Of a stretch of DNA of 64,000 bases, positions 34,995-52,827 are shown one piece after another. A program made the position numbers and the translations under genes. The stretch lies in NCBI RefSeq assembly GCF_009914755.1, contig NC_060925.1; one strand, written 5' to 3'. The notes beneath the pieces are model-generated. The model was not told the DNA's origin. It was given only the letters and a program-made list of their open reading frames with translations, and ran no database searches. Each line of letters begins with the position of its first letter. Position 1 is the first letter of the stretch. Source of the DNA: the human T2T-CHM13v2.0 reference genome, Homo sapiens.

Positions 34995-35217
34995 AACGTA
35001 GCATAAAAAAATAGTAGGCATTAAGAGTCAATTAGGCCACAGTTAGAATCCAGGCTCTATCATATATTAACTATAAGTTATTTAGCTTCTTGAGCCTCAG
35101 TTTCCTCAACTACAAAATGGGTATAATAATACTTCTCATAAAGCTGTTGTAAAAATTAAATGAGATAACATGTATAAAGCTCTTGGTTTGGTATTAGGCA
35201 TATATGAGGCATTCAAT
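34995..35217 (+). mobile_element. MIR SINE
   Basis: Core TGAGCCTCAGTTTCCTCAACTACAAAATGGG...AAATGAGATAACAT. Confidence 0.75.
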
Positions 35218-35865
35218 GGCAACTAAAAAAAATGTGCTTTGAAAAGTGAGGTCCTACATTAATGTTAGTTATTAAGTTTGGCGGATGACGCTGAAGGACT
35301 TCCATACCGGAAAGTAATGCAACCCTTATTTATATCAATGAATTCTATAGCCAGTAAACCTTTCACTACCTACAAAATATTCTGAAGAATGACGGGAAAG
35401 CAACACTTTTAGTAAAAAAAAATAATAATAATAATAAAGTAAGTCATTCTGAACGGCTCATTTTTTACTGTCAGAAGGTCTAATGGGCAGGGTTACATTT
35501 CCATGTAAAACTTGTCCTTAGAAGACAGAAGAGAAAGATATACTTTGTCCTTGTTTTTCATCACCAGTTTTAAGGCTTGAGAGCTACAAGCTTATATATA
35601 GCTCTGATGAGGTATCCATTTCATCTCTTTCTCCAGTGGTGGGAACTGATCCAAAACGTTTCCAAAAATAAATTATTGAAGCCCAGACTCTTTACTATAT
35701 TAAATGCAATGTTTTTATATACCATGGGATCTAGGTATTCAGTCTAAAAGACAACAAAACCAGGTTGATATTTTCTTCAAAGGCCCAATTAAAATAATAA
35801 AAACAGATCTTTCTACTAGGATAGTTTTAAGGATATAATACAGAAATTTTTGTGTAGATACCTTA

Positions 35866-36242
<377 letters not shown>

Positions 36243-36408
36243 CTACAATGAGTCATGTACTAAAACGAATTCTTTTATAAAGACAATTTATTTTTAAATA
36301 AATTCAAATTTTCATGGATTAAGCTTATTAATAGGCCATATTTATTGAACAGTTAATCTGTGAAAAGCACTACATATAGAGTATCATTTAATGTTCACAA
36401 CCCTATGA

Positions 36409-36720
<312 letters not shown>

Positions 36721-38433
36721 AGTACTTGTTGAACAAATGAAACACCCAAAGAATTCAGTAACTTAAGTCAAACAGCTTGGAAATGGCTGGGCTAAGATTT
36801 AATCCCAGGCAATCTAACACCATTCTTTATCACTGTTCTATTCTAAAGCTATACAGCTTAATATAGCTTATCTGAGTCTAAATTCTGATCTTTTAATCCA
36901 CAATACCAGTTCAACTGAATTAGCAATAAGCGGATCATTGAATACGCTGGGTAACACATCAATTTTTTTTAACTCATAGCTCAGAACATTTTTTCTCAGA
37001 TACATAACTATATGATGGAAGTTGTACCTAGTGCTGGAACTCACTCTAAATGAGTGTCTGAATTCAGAGACTAATTTAAATGACTATGTAAAACTGACAA
37101 TATGCCTCCCCACCTTTTTCACAGAGAAATATGTACATTCTAGTGTCAGGAAGGAGGCAAAACAAAGGTAGTGACCAGCCAGTTCTGACATTGATTCCAC
37201 AGCCAAGATTTTGCATTACGTTAGTAAGAAATTATTTAAATCCCTGTGCTTCAACTTCTTAATTAGAGAAAACTGATACAAAAAAAATTTTGGATATTCT
37301 ATTTCATTTGTTTCAAAGTCTCATCTCAAAAGATTAAAAGCTGTAGGGCAAAAATCACATTTAATCTAAATGCCTCATTTATCTGACATCATCAGAAAAT
37401 AAGGATGCTGCACAAAAGCAAACTTTCAAAATATTTGAAACATCACTTTTAATTCCAATAATTTACTACCTTATTTTTGATGGCTAATCAAAGCAAATCT
37501 TTTAGAAATAGATTACATAGAACATAATTTAATCTTTTCTTGATGTCTCAAAATCTTCATGAAAATTTCTCAAATCTATCCCTTTCTTGTCATTAATTCT
37601 AGCTGCTGCTCAGTTCGGTCTGTTTTTTCACCTGGACCAGTACGAGGGCATCCTAACTGGTTTTTACCTGACTTCTCCATATAATTGTCAAACAAGATTT
37701 TTCTAAAAATAATAAAGAAATACAAAGATAACCATGTGACATGTGAAAATCCCATGGATTATGGATGGAAACCTCTTTTTGATCTTATTCCACCTCTCTG
37801 CCACTCTCAATCCCCCCTGCTTCTAATCCATGTCTAAGCTGCTTCTGTTCAACTGCTTTACTTTACATGCATTTCTCTTTTTCTTGCAGAGGGAAAGTAA
37901 CACGGCATATCGTGGTCTTTTAGAGAACTACTTCAAGATATATTGAAGTCAAATGTCAGAAAAATAGGTTTTTTAACCACATACCATTAATGTAAATTAG
38001 TCCAATAGACTCCTGAGTACTGTGTTACACAGTACAAAACCCAAAGCAGATGCATAATAAAATACCTATGTAAGAATGTTGCTCAAATTTCTAGCTCCCT
38101 TTACCAATCTGGCTCTAAACTCTTATCACCTTTTATGTTACAAGAACAGGGTACCTAGTTGACTCCAGTGTCTAGAAACAGAGGGAAAAAAAGAAAGTGG
38201 TAAGAAGTAAACATGATACAGAAGGACATAAAGATAATTCAGAAAAGAAAAAAGGCAAATAGCAAGCCTATGAAAACATGTTCAACTTCAATAAGAATCA
38301 AGTTTGAATTAGAGCAATGAGACACCAGTTTTCTCCTACATTCAAACTGACAAATGTCTTCTTAAATGATTGTAACTAAATGATGGTACTTCAAGGAAAT
38401 GTTGTTAGTGATTTCAACAAAGTGGCTACTCTC

Positions 38434-38815
<382 letters not shown>

Positions 38816-39426
38816 TCAAATAATTTAGAATGGTGTAACTTTGTCCAGCAATTCTAAGAACTCATTCTAAAGAAATAATCAGTGATACACTCAGAAGATC
38901 TTTATTAATCATAGTGTCACCTATTAATAGCGAAAAACTGCAAGCTACATAAACACATAAAGGACTCATTAAATAAATTATGGTGTAGCTATATGACAGA
39001 ATACTATGCAGCCATTAAAATTACATGTTAATCATATCATTAAACATTATTCTATTAATACATCATATTAAGATAAACAGGCGATAGGAACTATGTAGAT
39101 ACTAGACGGTTCTGTTTATATAAAGTACAAAAGTAGCCAAATTTCTGCCACTGGTTACTATCCCTGGTAGTGACAAAACAGAGCATGAAGGGAACTTCTG
39201 AAGCACTGATAGTTTTCTTTTTTTAAATCTGGGTGGTGATTAGTTGGGTGTGTTCAATTTGTGAAAATACATCAAACTGCGCCAGTTTTATTCTCTTGAT
39301 TTATTCACTCAAATGACAGAGCATCTCCTATGCTCATTGTTCTAGATGGCACAGATACAGCAGTAAACAAAATCTTCATAATGTCAGGACTAAATCACAA
39401 TCCCAAGCAAGCTCCCTGAGGGCAAC

Positions 39427-39970
39427 GTAAGGGCCAAGGGAAAGTTTTCCCTCTGAAGGTTCGGTGAAAATCACTGACAAGAGATGGACAGGAGAAAAGG
39501 CATATAAATTTATTTGATCAGTAAAGATACAGGAGAAAGTGCCCATTTCTGTGCTTAGGTTTAACAAAGTATAGATAGCTATGTGGAATTAAGATTGGAC
39601 AGAAAGGGTAGGATCTAATGTTAACAGATGGAGTTGGAAAACCCAGCAAGGCCTGTCTAGATTCTTCTTGTCCTCTCTGAGTATACATTCTTTCCTACTG
39701 GGTATGGGATAGGACCCTCTCTGGTATGAGGTTCTTATGACCTGTAATAAAAGAAGGTAAGTTAGGTAATTTTTATATAGAAAGGAGGTGGTGGGGGCTA
39801 GTTAGAGTAATATGTTTAGGTTTTATGGCTGGCTTTGGGGAAGAGGGATTTTAGTTTCTACAGCTAGCCTCAGGTGAGAATGCAAGGCCAGAGAGAGGAC
39901 AGCAGCAGCAGGTCAGAGACAGCTGCTTCTGAGGCCTTATTTTGGGGTATTGTTTTCTTCTGAGACCCTA
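39427..39970 (-). mobile_element. ERV1 solo LTR (MER39/MER4-group-like)
   Basis: Minus strand starts TGTAGGGTCTCAG..AAAACAATACCCCAAAATAAGGCCTCAGAAGCAG; AATAAA near the other end. Confidence 0.65.
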
Positions 39971-40080
39971 CAGTAAAAACTATTTCTTTTCTTAATATGT
40001 AATATATCCTGAGAGTCTGGCAACCTGCTCAACCCTGCACTGTGAGTGGACATCCAAAGGTATATTAAAGTCTAAGGGAG

Positions 40081-40360
40081 GGCCTGGCGCAGTGGCTCAT
40101 GCCTGTAATCCTAGCACTTTGGGAGGCCGAGGTGAATGAATCGCTTGAGGTCAGGAGTTCGAGACCAGCCTGGCCAACATGGCAAAACGCAGTCTCTACT
40201 AATAATACAAAAATTAGCTGGGTGTGGTGGCACACACATGTAACAGAGGCTGAGGCAGGAGAATGGCTTCAACCCGGAGGCAGAGGTTGCAGTTAGTCAA
40301 GATGGTGCCACTGCACTCCAGCCTGGGCGACAGAGTGAAACTGTGCCTCAAAATAATAAT
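40081..40360 (+). mobile_element. Alu (S-type)
   Basis: Sense dimer. Confidence 0.9.
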
Positions 40361-41189
40361 CAAAAAAGTCTAAAGAAGGTTGACATCAAAATTGATTGCT
40401 CAAAATAAGCCCAAGAGTCTTAAAAATCAGACCAAAATTCCACTCTGATATGCATGCTCTTGGAAGAGTCACAAATAGATACAAATCTTGAAAATGAAGA
40501 AAACATGTGAGCCTGTCACAGATCTAATGATAAAGACAATCATCATACACACTACCAAAGACACCTCCCAAAACACCACACTAGCACAGGCATCAGCGGC
40601 CACCAGACTACCACTCCTCTCTCAAACTCATGGAGTGTTTACTATGAAACAGGCACTGTTGCGGGTGTTTCATTAATTGAATCTTCACAATAAGTCTATG
40701 AGATCATCATCTTATAAATAAGGAAACTGAAGCACAGAGACACAATTAGCATATAGGGATAATTTTGGAAGAACTCACCCCAGGCAAAATTACAAAGCAA
40801 GCTCAATTTGTTTTCTGACCTTCTACTTGCTCTACATCTGTTTCCATTAGATACTGTGAGCACCTTGGGAGAAGGGACTAGGCATCCAGCACAGAATCTA
40901 ACACTCAAGTACTTGTTGAGTGAATATGCTCCTTTGTTTTGGTTTCTTTCTTTCCAGATACCCTAGAAAGCGAAGCCTTCTTTTGTCACATCATTTTTCT
41001 AAATTAACCGTTAAATAATTCCTACTTAAGGCATTACCCAAAACGAGCATTTTGTAATCAAGACATCCTATGTTTAGATTCCTTAGTCCGATGGTTATCT
41101 CCACCTGCATTTTCCTCTGTCACCCTCAGGTGTACTGGATTTCACTTCCTCTTTACCAGTTGCTTTCCCTGACTGGTTTAAGGGAACCT

Positions 41190-41512
41190 ATCACATTAAA
41201 AAAGTTGCTGACTCTGGTACTAAGGTGACTCACTTACTTCATTCTGGTCCCTGCTCAACTGTTACCTCTTCAGAATGGAATGGACTTCCCTGACCTATTT
41301 AAAACCATCTCTTTAATCTCTTAACACTGCTTTATCTTTTTTCCCTATACTTATCACTACCGCTGTGATATTTATAATTATTTCCTGATGCTCTGTCTTC
41401 CCTTCTAAATTGTAAACTACATGAGGGCAGGAAGTTTAGCTTGATTACTGCTGTAATTCCACACCTACGATAGGAGCTGGCACAGAGTAGGCTCTCAAAT
41501 ATTTGCTGAATC
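41190..41512 (+). mobile_element. L2 3' remnant
   Basis: TGTAAACTACATGAGGGCAGG...CTGGCACAGAGTAGGCTCTCAAATATTTGCTGAAT. Confidence 0.7.
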
Positions 41513-41884
41513 AACTGCGAGCCAAAGAACCTTTTTTAATATTCAGGGAAGGTAAATCGCTCTTTCAAAAAAAACAAAGAAACTGCCATTACTTAATGAG
41601 ACTGAAGACAGACAAAGCAGCAGAAGAGAAAAAAAAATACATTTAAAAATGTTAATTCAAGAAAAGAATACTTAGCAAAATCTTGGGTTTTTTTTTCTCC
41701 TGTTAGGCTTAAAGTACAAGGGTTAAAATGTAAAAACACCCAACTATTTTAGTTTCAACATGGTGACAGCACAATGGTAAAGGAATTATGGGAAATTTTA
41801 GCATTTAAGATGCTTCCACTGCTTTTAGCTTTGAAAGTACCAAAAGGAAAAAAGGAAAGGTAGGAGTCAGTCTTGTTTAATTAA

Positions 41885-42204
<320 letters not shown>

Positions 42205-42213
42205 TAAAATATC

Positions 42214-42308
42214 GATGGTTGACAGCTGCAGCAAACCACCATGGCACACGTTTACCTATGTAACAAACTTGCACGTCCTGCACACGTATCCCGGAACTTA
42301 AAAAAAAA
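42214..42308 (+). mobile_element. Short L1PA 3' end
   Basis: GCAGCAAACCACCATGGCACACGTTTACCTATGTAACAAAC..GCAC..CCCGGAACTTAAAA. Confidence 0.85.
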
Positions 42309-43649
42309 TCCCATTTATTATCTGACCAGATACACAGTACTCATTCAAAGCCAAAGTTAATTAACATAACTAGTATTGATCTTCTTACCTACGTTATTAC
42401 CCTGTTCCTTTCTATGGTCTACTTCTTCATTTCCTTAATCTAGCCTGGTCTAACTACTGGATGGCAGATAAAGGCATCATCCTTCAAGTGCAGTAAGGGA
42501 GTAGGAAAAACTTGTCTCAAACTAGAAAACTGCCTAGCAAGTCTACTAAGATTTCAGTTTGAAGTCTACTAACATTTCAGTTTTTGTTTGTTTTACTGAA
42601 CCCTAAACAACCATTAAGGCCATAAACAGACTTAATGACGCTCTACAAGGAGATTCCAGCAGGGCTCACTCATAACAAAAGAGAGAAACCTGTAACACAC
42701 AAGCAGCTGTTACAAAGCATTTTTTATATATGGCGTTCTCTTCTTAGTTCACTTCACAAAAACCTAAAAAACACTGAGCAAAACCCTGACCCCATCAACT
42801 GGTTAAGTGCATAGCAACACTGTACTTTCATTAAATCACTTAAATAGTGTTTAATTCTATTCAGGTCACACAAATCCTTTTCAAAGAGCTAGTGATCTAA
42901 TAGGAAAAGAGATTGTTACCAAAATAACCTCAACATAATTTCATATAACTGAGACTGTTTTGAGGATTGCCGAATACTTTCTACTTATAAGGCATAGAGT
43001 GCTGAACTGCAAACACTCAATTCTAATTTTAAGAACTTTTGGATTAGAAAACAGCTGTTTTGGGGAGAGATGGTAAGGGAAAAAAGTCCCAGTATAGTTA
43101 CAAAATTAAGTATTACATAATATTTAAAAGAGCTTTCTAGGTTTCTTTCATGTTCTAGGGCAAGCCCTTAAAGAAGAAGACAAGAGATACAGGGAAAGCT
43201 AAAGTAGTGTTCAGGGTGGTGGAACCCACTAACAAAACAATCCGCTGGGCACCGTAAGTAAAGCATTCTATTAGGCTGTGACGCGAAACAAGAACAAAGG
43301 TTTCATTCCTACGAGAGATTAAGTTTTAGAGCAAATGGACACGATCGTTAAAGAATTTGATATTTCCATGTAAACTGCATTAGCAGGTTATGCGATCCAA
43401 ACTCACAGGAACAACTCCAACTCTCGGCCATGCCCTATTTCATGTCTAGATTTGTTTAACCGACTTACATCATAATCCAAGAATACGAACTACAGTATAT
43501 TCTTACAGCAAAGTTATTCCTTAAAAGCAAAACCGAGCCACCTTTGAAAACACGCACACACATTATCCACGGCACTAAAACCCCAGTCTTGACCGAGAAA
43601 GACCAACAACTTGGGGGGGAAGAAAAACAACTTCAGAGCCAGAGCTCCC

Positions 43650-45614
<1,965 letters not shown>

Positions 45615-45625
45615 TGACTGTATTA

Positions 45626-46100
<475 letters not shown>

Positions 46101-46729
46101 TCATTTTGTGAATTAGAATGAGTTATCCTAAAAAGAGGACTAATCCCTCATTTCAGCAGAGCTAGTCATTCGACAAATACTTATTGAGTGTCTATTATGT
46201 ACCAGACACTTTTGTAGGTACTTTAGATACACCAGTGAACAAAATAAAGATCCCTATCCTGTGTTGATGGGGAGTAGGGCGCAGACTATAGACATAATAA
46301 AGAAATATACTCAACCAGCATGTTAGAAGGTTATTCCTGCTCTGGAAAATATAACAATTAGGGCCGGGTAGGGGAATTGTGAGTGTGGGATTGAAATGAC
46401 ACAGATTGCAGTATCAACTAGCAGTATTTAAACAACTGTTCAAAGTTACAATGAGCACTAAAGGGAAGAATAAACATAAGTCATCCGAATATATTAAATA
46501 ATCAAGGTGTTGTTTCACTTAACAACCTAGAGGGGAAGTTTTTCACTGGCTCTCTGACAGGCTTGTAACAAAAATAGTTTTGAATAACTTTGTAACATCC
46601 TTCAAATCACATCAGAGTGGGAGCTGTCTATAGTACTTGTTCATAGGACCAGTGACCTTTCCACTTACCTGTTTTCTACTGTCCCCTAATAATCTCATGA
46701 CTAAAGTGAGTGAAGATTGCAAGACAGTA

Positions 46730-47010
46730 ATTCCTGTAATCCCAGCACTTTAGGAGGCTGAGGTGGGAGGATCACTTGAGTCCAGGAGTTCAAGACCAGC
46801 CTGGGCAACATAGCAAGACCTCGTCTCTACAAAAAATTAACAATTAGCTGGGCATGGTGGTATACGCCTATAGTTCCAGCTACTCGGGAGGCTGAGGCAG
46901 GATGATCACTTAAGCCCCAGAGTTCAAGGTTAGAGTGAGCTATGATCACACCACAGGACTCAGTCTGGGTGACAGAGTGGGACCTTGTTTCTAAAAAAAA
47001 AAAAAAAAAG
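46730..47010 (+). mobile_element. Alu (J-type)
   Basis: Sense dimer. Confidence 0.9.
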
Positions 47011-47231
47011 GTAAAAGTGACAGTATGTGTAATGGAAAGAATAAAAAAACTCAGTAGTGATATAAACAGTCTGTGCACTCAAGGGGCTCATAGGGTAAGT
47101 AGGAACAAGTTAACAGAATTAGAATTAGGGAGAGACAAACTAGGGTGGTTGGTAACCATGATGGCAATTCAATGTGATAAGTGCTCTGAGAAAGGAATGC
47201 ACAGGATGTTAGAGCAGCACAAAGCAGGGGG

Positions 47232-47525
47232 TACAGCTGTCTCTACTCATGGGGGATTGGTTCTGGACCTTCTATGGATACCAAAATTCATGGATGCTCA
47301 AGTCCCTTATATAAAATGGTATAATATTTGCATATAACATACACACATCCTCTCATATACGCGAAATCATCTCTAAATTACTTATAACACCTAATATGAT
47401 GTCTACGCATCACTTCATTCACGTGGATTCAATGGCATGCGCAAATTCAAGTTTGCTTTTTTCCTGAATTTGAGGTTGGTTGAATTCATAGATGCAGTAC
47501 CCAGGGATATGGAGGGCCAACTATA
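47232..47525. mobile_element. MER2 (TcMar-Tigger MITE)
   Basis: GGGGATTGGTTC..GATACCAAAAT..GGATGCTCAAGTCCCTTATATAAAATGG...GATATGGAGGGCCAACT. Confidence 0.85.
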
Positions 47526-47849
47526 TTTAACTCTACTCAAGGGTCCCCAGAGGAGGCTATCTCTTGAAAATACAGGGCCGGGGCTTGAAGTCAAAGTGGC
47601 CAGTTAACAGGGCCAGAAAGTAGGAAGGACATTCAAGAGCACTGTAGGCAAAAAAATAAAAAATAAAATAAATAAACCTGAGCTAGTGATGACACGGCAA
47701 TTAGGGAAATGTAAGCAATTGGTATGACCTTAGTGCAAGTTAGGAACACGGCAATGATGAGAAGGTGAACAGAAGGCAGAGGCCAGGTTGTAATCATAAA
47801 CTTTGCTAAGGAATTTGGACTTTATTGTGAAGGCTCTAAAGAAGAATTT

Positions 47850-48887
47850 TTTTTTCTGATTACCAATGTAATACATGATTATGAAAAGGATCTTGGAAAA
47901 CAGAAGAATATAAGAAATCATACTACATACAATTCATACATTTTTTAAAAGTTTTTTCATTAAAAAAATTTGCCATTCATACTGTAAGTTAGAATTTATA
48001 TCCAACTATTTTCACCTAACCTATAAGCCTTCCCATATTTAATTAGTAGTCTCAGAAAATATAACTTAATCATTTGTCCACACTATAATTTCTTATCTGG
48101 TCCCATATTATTGGACATACAGGTTGTTTCCATTATTCCACTATAATAAGTAATACTGGCACTTCTGTGCACAAAACTTTTTCCACATTTCAGATAATTT
48201 CCTTTTCTGATATTATTTTTAAGCCGCTTTATTCATACTGCTATTGTTTCAATGTGTATGTCTGCCTTCAATATGTTTCTCTTATCTCACCCTCATATTT
48301 TAAAAAAGTTCTTTATTAATTCAAAGGACAAAACTTTTCATCAATGAGATTGAATATTCTTATGTTCGTTAGCTGTTTCTATTTCTTTTGTTAATTAGTC
48401 ATGTATCTTCCTTTTATCCATTTGTATAAGCCCTTTATTTTTCCTCAGTTTTCTTGCCTTCTAATTTTATAACTTTTAGGACACAAAAACACTTTAAATT
48501 TTTATAAATTCAAATGATCAATATTTAATTTTTTTCCATATTTTAGGATGATTCTGATCATGAGATCTGGTCAATATTCTTGTTTGTTTTATTTAATGTT
48601 TTAATCCATTTGGAATTTATTTAGGAATATGGTGTAATGCAAGGATCTCAAAATTAATTAATTTTTTTCATATAGCTAACTATTGTCCTGGCCCATTATT
48701 TCCCTATTAGTTTATGACATCACCTCAATTTATTAAAAATTTTTAACATAATAGTATTTGTTTCCAAGCCACAGTTTTGCATTCATCTGTCCTTTCATCA
48801 GTACCGTAATACTCTAATGATCCTAGTTGTATAATATTTTGTAATCCAGAGGGCAATTCTCCCTCTCAATACTCTTTATTTCTCACA

Positions 48888-48924
<37 letters not shown>

Positions 48925-49380
48925 GAGACAGAATTTCGCTCTGTCATCCAGGTCTGGGCTCACTGCAACCTCTGCCTCCCAGTTTCAGGCAATTGTCTTG
49001 GCTCAGCTTTTCGAGTAGCTGGGACTACAGGAGCACACCACCACAGCAGGCTAATTTTTGTATTTTTGTAGAGACAGGGTTTTGCCATGTTGGCCAGGCT
49101 GGTCTTGAACTCCTGACCTCAGGTGATCCACCCGCGTTGGCATCCCAAAGTGCTGGGATTACTGGCGTGAGCCCGGCCTATTTCTAATGAATTTTATAAT
49201 AATTTGTATAGTTATTCGACTTTCCCCTAAACCTTATGTTTAATAAAAAACTAATGCATGGTTATCATAACAAACACAAGTAATGTAATACAAGTGTAAA
49301 CAAAATATATAATGTTAGAATCCTTCAGCCCACCCCAATCTTTCTTTCCAGACTTAGCCACTATAGCCCAGATATTTCTT
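47850..49380 (-). mobile_element. Old L1M(E) remnant, antisense (contains an Alu)
   Basis: TGGACATACAGGTTGTTTCC; TTTTAATCCATTTGGAATTTATTT...; degenerate. Confidence 0.6.
48910..49177 (-). mobile_element. Alu (S-type)
   Basis: Antisense dimer. Confidence 0.9.
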
Positions 49381-49762
49381 CTTGTATATATATTCTGAAT
49401 TTTTCCAAATTTCTTTACTTTTCCAGTGATGGAAAGGGAGGAATCACCCTCCTTTTCAATCCCCATGTATGCAATCTGTCCCCTTAACCTGTATAACTCC
49501 AGAAATTCTAGTCGCCTCTCTCAATATTTCTAAGTACCAAGGCGTGTTCTCTTTTCCACGAGGTCATCATCAGTCTCGTTGCCACCTCTTGTTCCAGACT
49601 GCTCTAGTGTTCTCTATCAACCACCTCAACTCATAACCACTTCTCGAGGCCACAGCCCCAGATTCTTCTGCTTTGACCCGAAACACAGACATAGTGCCTC
49701 CGTTTATCCCCCAGTCACAGCTAAGACATGGCTGGCATGTTTAACAGACTTGTAAAAGGATT

Positions 49763-50147
<385 letters not shown>

Positions 50148-50389
50148 CTACTGGCTATCTCTTGCCTTAAGCCTTACCCCAGCCCTTTAATGACACTTCC
50201 AAGCGCCTTCTCATCCCTTCCATATGAGGGTCACTTCTTGCTGGTTCTCTTTTCTCTAGTACAGGGCCCAATTCGATCAGCCAGTGAAATAAAAATTGCC
50301 CTTGAACATCTCTTAGTTTAAAATATATAGTATGTATGTTTTTGTATATGTAATTCTGTAAAAGTATTTTTTTATTCCTCTAATTCTTA

Positions 50390-50520
50390 TTTACTTATTT
50401 GGTAGGGATGAGCTCTCACTATGCTGCCCAGGCTGGTCTCGAACTCCTGACCTCAAGCGGTCCTTCTACCTCAGCCTCCCAAAGTGCTGGGATTACAGGC
50501 ATAAGCCACTGTGCCTGGCC
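50390..50520 (-). mobile_element. FLAM/Alu left monomer
   Basis: Antisense monomer, TSD CCTCTAATTCTT. Confidence 0.85.
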
Positions 50521-51049
50521 CTCTAATTCTTTATCATTAAAGTTTCTCGTCAGGCTTTAGTTGTTCACTTTCTTCCTCAAGGAAACCATCTTGCCTGGTC
50601 ACTTAATCAACAAATTTCACTTTTTTTTTTTTTTTTGGTGAATAGTTGGGAAACCTTAAAATCATTCAGATATTCTTTTCAGGACTCCTGGCACTCTGCC
50701 TCGGGTGGGTACACGCTGCCCTAGTAATGCGTGCTATTTAAATGATTGCTTCTCTTTCTTTTTTAAGCCAATGGTTGAATTCTTTTAAATTAAATGCCTG
50801 TGATATGACGACCAGATAATCTTTGCAGAAGACAACCTTTACACTAGCAGACAGAATCATTAACATTTCAGTCTGAAAGCATCTTGACTCGGGCTTCTCC
50901 AAGAAGAGTAGGAAAATAGACACTGCCAAACTGTCCTTCAAAAATGTGCTCAAGGAGGGAGGCTGGTGTAACAGGAACAGAGTGAGTGGTGAGGAGAATA
51001 ATCGGGGATGATGTAGTCCCTAGCAAGAATATGATATAAATCATGATAA

Positions 51050-51419
<370 letters not shown>

Positions 51420-51659
51420 TACATGGTGGGTTTTAAGCAAAGGAGTGACATGATCTGACTTATGTGTTAGCAGGAACACTCACATTGCTGTGTGGTGAAT
51501 AGACTGACTGGGGGTGGGGAAAAATCTACCGTGTGGAGTAGCGGAGGAGATGATGAGTATCATTCAAGTCTTGAGAAAAGCTGCAGTAGCAAGAGCCAAC
51601 CAGAAGATGGAAGAGGGATCCTGGGTGCTTCTATATGGAGTTGATCTATCTGAGGGTGC

Positions 51660-52031
51660 AGAGGCCGACTCTAAGATGCTGTGGTGCATCTCCCCAATTC
51701 AGGATGGAAAATGTTGACTGCAAAGGAGTCTCAGTTGAATCTCTCTCTCTGGGAACTGCCCTTGGCTGAAGGTGGCTGCCTCACCCAAGGGTACAGCTCC
51801 CTCCTGAGAGACAACCTGCATCCAGTGACTACTCAAGGAACGGTGTAAAGATGTGGGTAACTCTGAAGAGCCATCCCGTGGCCTCTCTTGCAACTGCGTC
51901 ACAGTCCAACTTCTCCCTCCGCCCAATTCTGCTTTCCTCACTCCCTTACCGGCATTCCCAAGAGCAGTCCCCAGTAAACCTGTATACAACCCGTGTTTCA
52001 GAGTATGTTTCCATGGGAACCTGACCTAAGA
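51660..52031 (+). mobile_element. ERVL-class LTR remnant (LTR33/LTR16-like)
   Basis: GGGAACTGCCCTTGGCTGAAG; terminus TCAGAGTATGTTTCC..GGGAACCTGACCTAAGACA. Confidence 0.6.
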
Positions 52032-52143
52032 CAGCGATTCTGTTAAATGACATGAAAGATGATGTCATTTCTCTACCTAAAACCCTGCAAATGGCTCTCC
52101 AGTTCTGTTCTGTCACAGGGAAACCAGAGTCCCTTACAGTGGC

Positions 52144-52237
52144 CTGCAGGCCGTTGTCATCTGTAGGCCGTTGTCATCTGCAGGCCGTTGTCATCTGTAG
52201 GCCATTGTCATCTGCAGGCCGTTGTCATCTGCAGGCC
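52144..52237. repeat. 17-bp minisatellite (CTGYAGGCCRTTGTCAT) x ~5.5
   Basis: Directly visible tandem units. Confidence 0.95.
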
Positions 52238-52470
52238 TGAACCCCTCTAACCTCATCCTCTATTCCCCTCCTTCTCATTCAGTTTGCTCCAGAACCATCC
52301 TGGCCTCCTTTCCATCCCGAGAATAGGACAGGTACATTCTTTCCTCGGGATCTTTGCACTTTGTTTCTTCTGCTCTTCTTCCAGATATTTTCATAGCTTA
52401 TTCCTTCTTCTTCTTCAAGTCAACTAAAATGTTGCCTTTTCCATGAGGCCTTCCCTGTCCCTTCTATTAA

Positions 52471-52827
<357 letters not shown>

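Noticed and set aside
42539-42583. 23-bp tandem duplication (also a 12-bp micro-repeat at 11234-11277)
   Set aside because: Ordinary slippage duplications with no further structure.
52144-52237. Regularly spaced repeats resembling a CRISPR array
   Set aside because: No unique spacers; a simple tandem minisatellite in eukaryotic DNA.
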